A model generated the notes under the pieces. That model made no database searches. It had not been told where the DNA came from and saw nothing but the letters and a program-made list of their open reading frames with translations. A DNA stretch of 64,000 bases. It comes from Bugula neritina (Eukaryota; Animalia; Bryozoa). How positions within the stretch are numbered: position 1 is the first letter of the stretch; the number at the start of each line of letters is the position of its first letter. Positions 60,847 through 64,000 of this stretch are shown piece by piece. Made by a program: the position numbers and the translations under genes. The stretch covers positions 3,876,741 to 3,940,740 of the forward strand of contig OZ037768.1 in the NCBI GenBank assembly GCA_964035545.1, in the 5' to 3' direction.

Positions 60847-61336
60847 TAGGAACTTCTTTAAAATTTAAAAATTCAGCTCCTAAAAAAATTTCAAAATAAG
60901 AATATGACTTATTCGTATAGTAAACATAACAGTACAAAATTAGGTTTGGGAAAGTTGAGGAAAAGTTGTCTCCTCTTAATACATAGTACAGCCAAGCTTG
61001 TGCTTCATAAGCTTAGTTATTATAATTCTCTCTTACGAAAATAGCCTATGATATAAAAATTTGGCATATAGACTAATGCCACTGTCTGCTAAGTATCGGT
61101 AGTAAGGGAACGGCAGCAATAAAACAAGATAACCGGTCTGATTGAGCTTTATTTAAAAGTAACAGATAAATCACTAAAAACATAATTCTGTGTGGAATAT
61201 CATGATTTTTCAGAATTGTCAGTTGATGTAAAAGTAAAAAACTAAAAACTAAAACAATAATAGTAAAGTAAAACTTAAATTTGTAATAAAAGAATACAAA
61301 AATAGCATCTGCATTTTATCATATTAAATAAAGATA

Positions 61337-63700
61337 TCAGAGAAAGTTAAGAATTTCTCCTTGAGCTACTCTGGCTCTAAACTTCCAAATATCCTAAAAA
61401 ATAAGTAAACAAATTTAATGGAGTAAATGAGAGTTTTACAGCTATTTTCCTACCATTATTATGCAAATTTATGACCAGTAATTAGCAAAATTCAATAAAC
61501 TGAGACACCGTAAGGCTAAATTCAGTCATTGGTCATATCTTTAGTTTTAATTCATGTGTGATGTAAGCTAAATAGACATTTACATGTACATGCATATTAA
61601 ATATACATATTATGTAACAATACAAGGTAGAACTTACAGCAAGGCTCACTTTCACCCCAGGACCAACTCTTTTCCTGACATATTCATCCATTTCCTTCTG
61701 TATTGTCGGTCCAACTTCCTTCTCCATATCAATGAAGTGGCAATCAGATGCAGCATAGTGACAGGATATAGCCTACAGATTAGACATCAGTGTTGAGATA
61801 GAATATTACACAGCCTACAGATTAGACATCAGTGTCAATATAAAATATTAATTACATATATTACAGCCAGTTCTACATAAAAACTAAAATTTTTTCCAAA
61901 AAAGTGGCAGTTATTCCAAGCTATATACATAGATTTATAATATAATGTACATCTGGTTAGAAAATTTGTTTTTAAAATTTAGAGTTGCCTAATTTTAGCA
62001 TGAGTTCTCAAACAGGGTATTTATCGATTCCAGTTTGAATGGCTTTGAAAAAAAACCACTTAGATAAGAGTAAAAATTTACAGCAGATTCTAACTTAGAC
62101 CACATACTTTTCTAAAGCCATGAGTTCTGTTGGTACCAGAACCATGAATGAGTATAGGGTGGAAGAAGACGGTGTCTCCCTTCTCCATCTCTAGATGCAC
62201 CATTGGCTGAGTAGAATCAAAGTCTTTAACTCCGTAATACATCTTATTAACTCCGTTCTAAAAGCCAGCAAAGATTTATACATCATGTATACAGATGTTA
62301 TACATACAATATCAATAAATATATTGGAAACCAAATAAAATGGTGAAAATTTTAAACATTAAATCACGCTGACCTCCCACTCAGGGTAGTCGTGCTGTTT
62401 CAAAGTGCCGTGATGAGTGCCAGGTAGAACGACTAGACAGCCATTGGATCTGGTCACCTTCTCCATGGCTGTCCAGGCACACACTATCCTATCTGCTGGT
62501 CTGAATGGGAAGTAGTTTAAGTCCTGGTGGAGGGGATGGCGGGAGGTCTTGGTGCCAGGATCTGGTGGTTTATTTATCAACATGGTGTGGACAGCCATGA
62601 TGTCAGCACCACAGAAACACTCCACATACTTCAGGATCTATTCAACATTCAAACAATTAAATAAGTTCAACATATACACTGAAAGTTATCCTTGACTTGC
62701 AGTAAATATACCACAACAAATATTGGAACATCTATGTTTTCGATTTACATGCCAGCAAAATCAGAGGGCAAAGTTATTCTGTGGTTTGTAAAACGTCCTG
62801 TGCTTTTTTCTATACTCTATATATTATATAATATTACAAACCTCAGGGTTTTTACAATAATCAAACAGAGGGTCGTAATATTGAAAGTCCTGTATCTTAG
62901 TAACTGCCTTCTCTCCCGGTACAAACTCTGACTTAGCAATGGCTACGTCTCGCATGACAACGAGGTGTGGCACTTTCACATCGCCACTACATATCCTCTG
63001 GAAATGATCTCTGAAATATTAAGGCTATGAAATACAGTACACATTTCTCTTGCATTCTAGTTACTGAACGAAACAATTACCTGCACAAGAAGTTAGTTAA
63101 GGTCTAGTATTGGCTGCATATGCTAACTCAAGGCATACCGAGTAATTAAAGAGCACTTGAAAGGTGTTCAAGTCATGTTAAGCATACAAAGAGTAGTTTT
63201 CTGGAATACATTCCATTTGGCTGATGTAGTTCAAATGTGAGAAGTTGACTGAGACACTGAAATACACTAGCTACACTGTGATTGGTCAATGGTTAGTTTA
63301 GATGAAGCATATAGTAAATAAACATCATGTGACTGGATAAACAAATGAGGCTTTACCTGTATCGATCAATACTTTCGTCATCAACTAATCCTTTAACTAC
63401 AATGTATCCATTTCTTTCATAAAACTCTCTTTGGCTGTGAGTGAATAGCGAATTATTCAAAGTAAACTTGAAATCATTTAGTTTACCAGCGCATGGCTGC
63501 GTCTAAAACAAAATATCATTATCAGGTATAAATACCAACTGGACAAAGTTCATGGAATCATATCAGTTAACAGTTCAATATGAATCTATTTATAGATAAT
63601 ACATAGATTTAGCTGACACTCAACTGCTGCTGACCTCAATATTCTGACAGTTCAGTTGTTTTGAGACTACTTGTAGCCTGCAGGAGGCTGAATTAGCCAT
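61337..63700 (-). CDS. PHYH: Phytanoyl-CoA dioxygenase, tandem copy B (~328 aa, PTS2)
   Basis: Exons 63700-63635, 63502-63357, 63010-62842, 62637-62374, 62257-62108, 61772-61638, 61393-61337; internal exon lengths equal those of copy A. HQD and IHGSG iron ligands and the RKAIS 2-oxoglutarate motif are intact; PTS2 RLQVVSKQL. Confidence 0.95.
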
Positions 63701-64000
63701 GAAGACCCACTAGATCTACAAGCGTGAAAAGAGCAGATAGAGGTTCAAGGTATAACTATTAACATAACTTTATTTGTACTTTTTATAACAATATCACAAA
63801 TAAAACAAGTACAGACCAAACTCTACGCTTACAGTTTGCATAAATATAGAAGATATGTGTACTTACATTGTATGTTCTTACGACGTGATCAACTCACACA
63901 TACTAAATGGCCTTAGCATTTGAACAAGCATTCTTATCTTCACTGGTTTACAGTTTTATCTTATCCACATACCCAGCACATGATTGGCCAAAAGGCTTTT

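Overview
AT-rich, intron-rich animal (invertebrate-like) genomic DNA; no prokaryotic features. Manual exon stitching gives ten protein-coding genes: the 3' part of an alternative (type II) NADH dehydrogenase (+), a C2H2 zinc-finger gene (+), a complete myosin-1c-type gene (-), two tandem glutaminyl cyclases (+), an oligopeptidase A/M3-family gene (-) head-to-head with GNPTG (+), a DEG/ENaC channel subunit (+) and two tandem PTS2-bearing phytanoyl-CoA dioxygenases (-). There is also a tRNA-derived SINE with a target-site duplication, two decayed copies of it, and several intronic minisatellites. Most notable: (1) the M3 'oligopeptidase' is an intact 732-aa ORF with a mitochondrial-type presequence but a dismantled active site (HEFGH reads SMMGH; the third-ligand Glu is Asn), i.e. 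a candidate mitochondrial pseudo-peptidase; (2) both tandem enzyme pairs carry near-identical DNA tracts over a metal-ligand exon, suggesting localized gene conversion; (3) an intron-containing animal NDH-2; (4) a 35-bp array of repeated splice acceptors in the channel gene. Exon coordinates were read by eye and family assignments rest on remembered motifs, not database searches.
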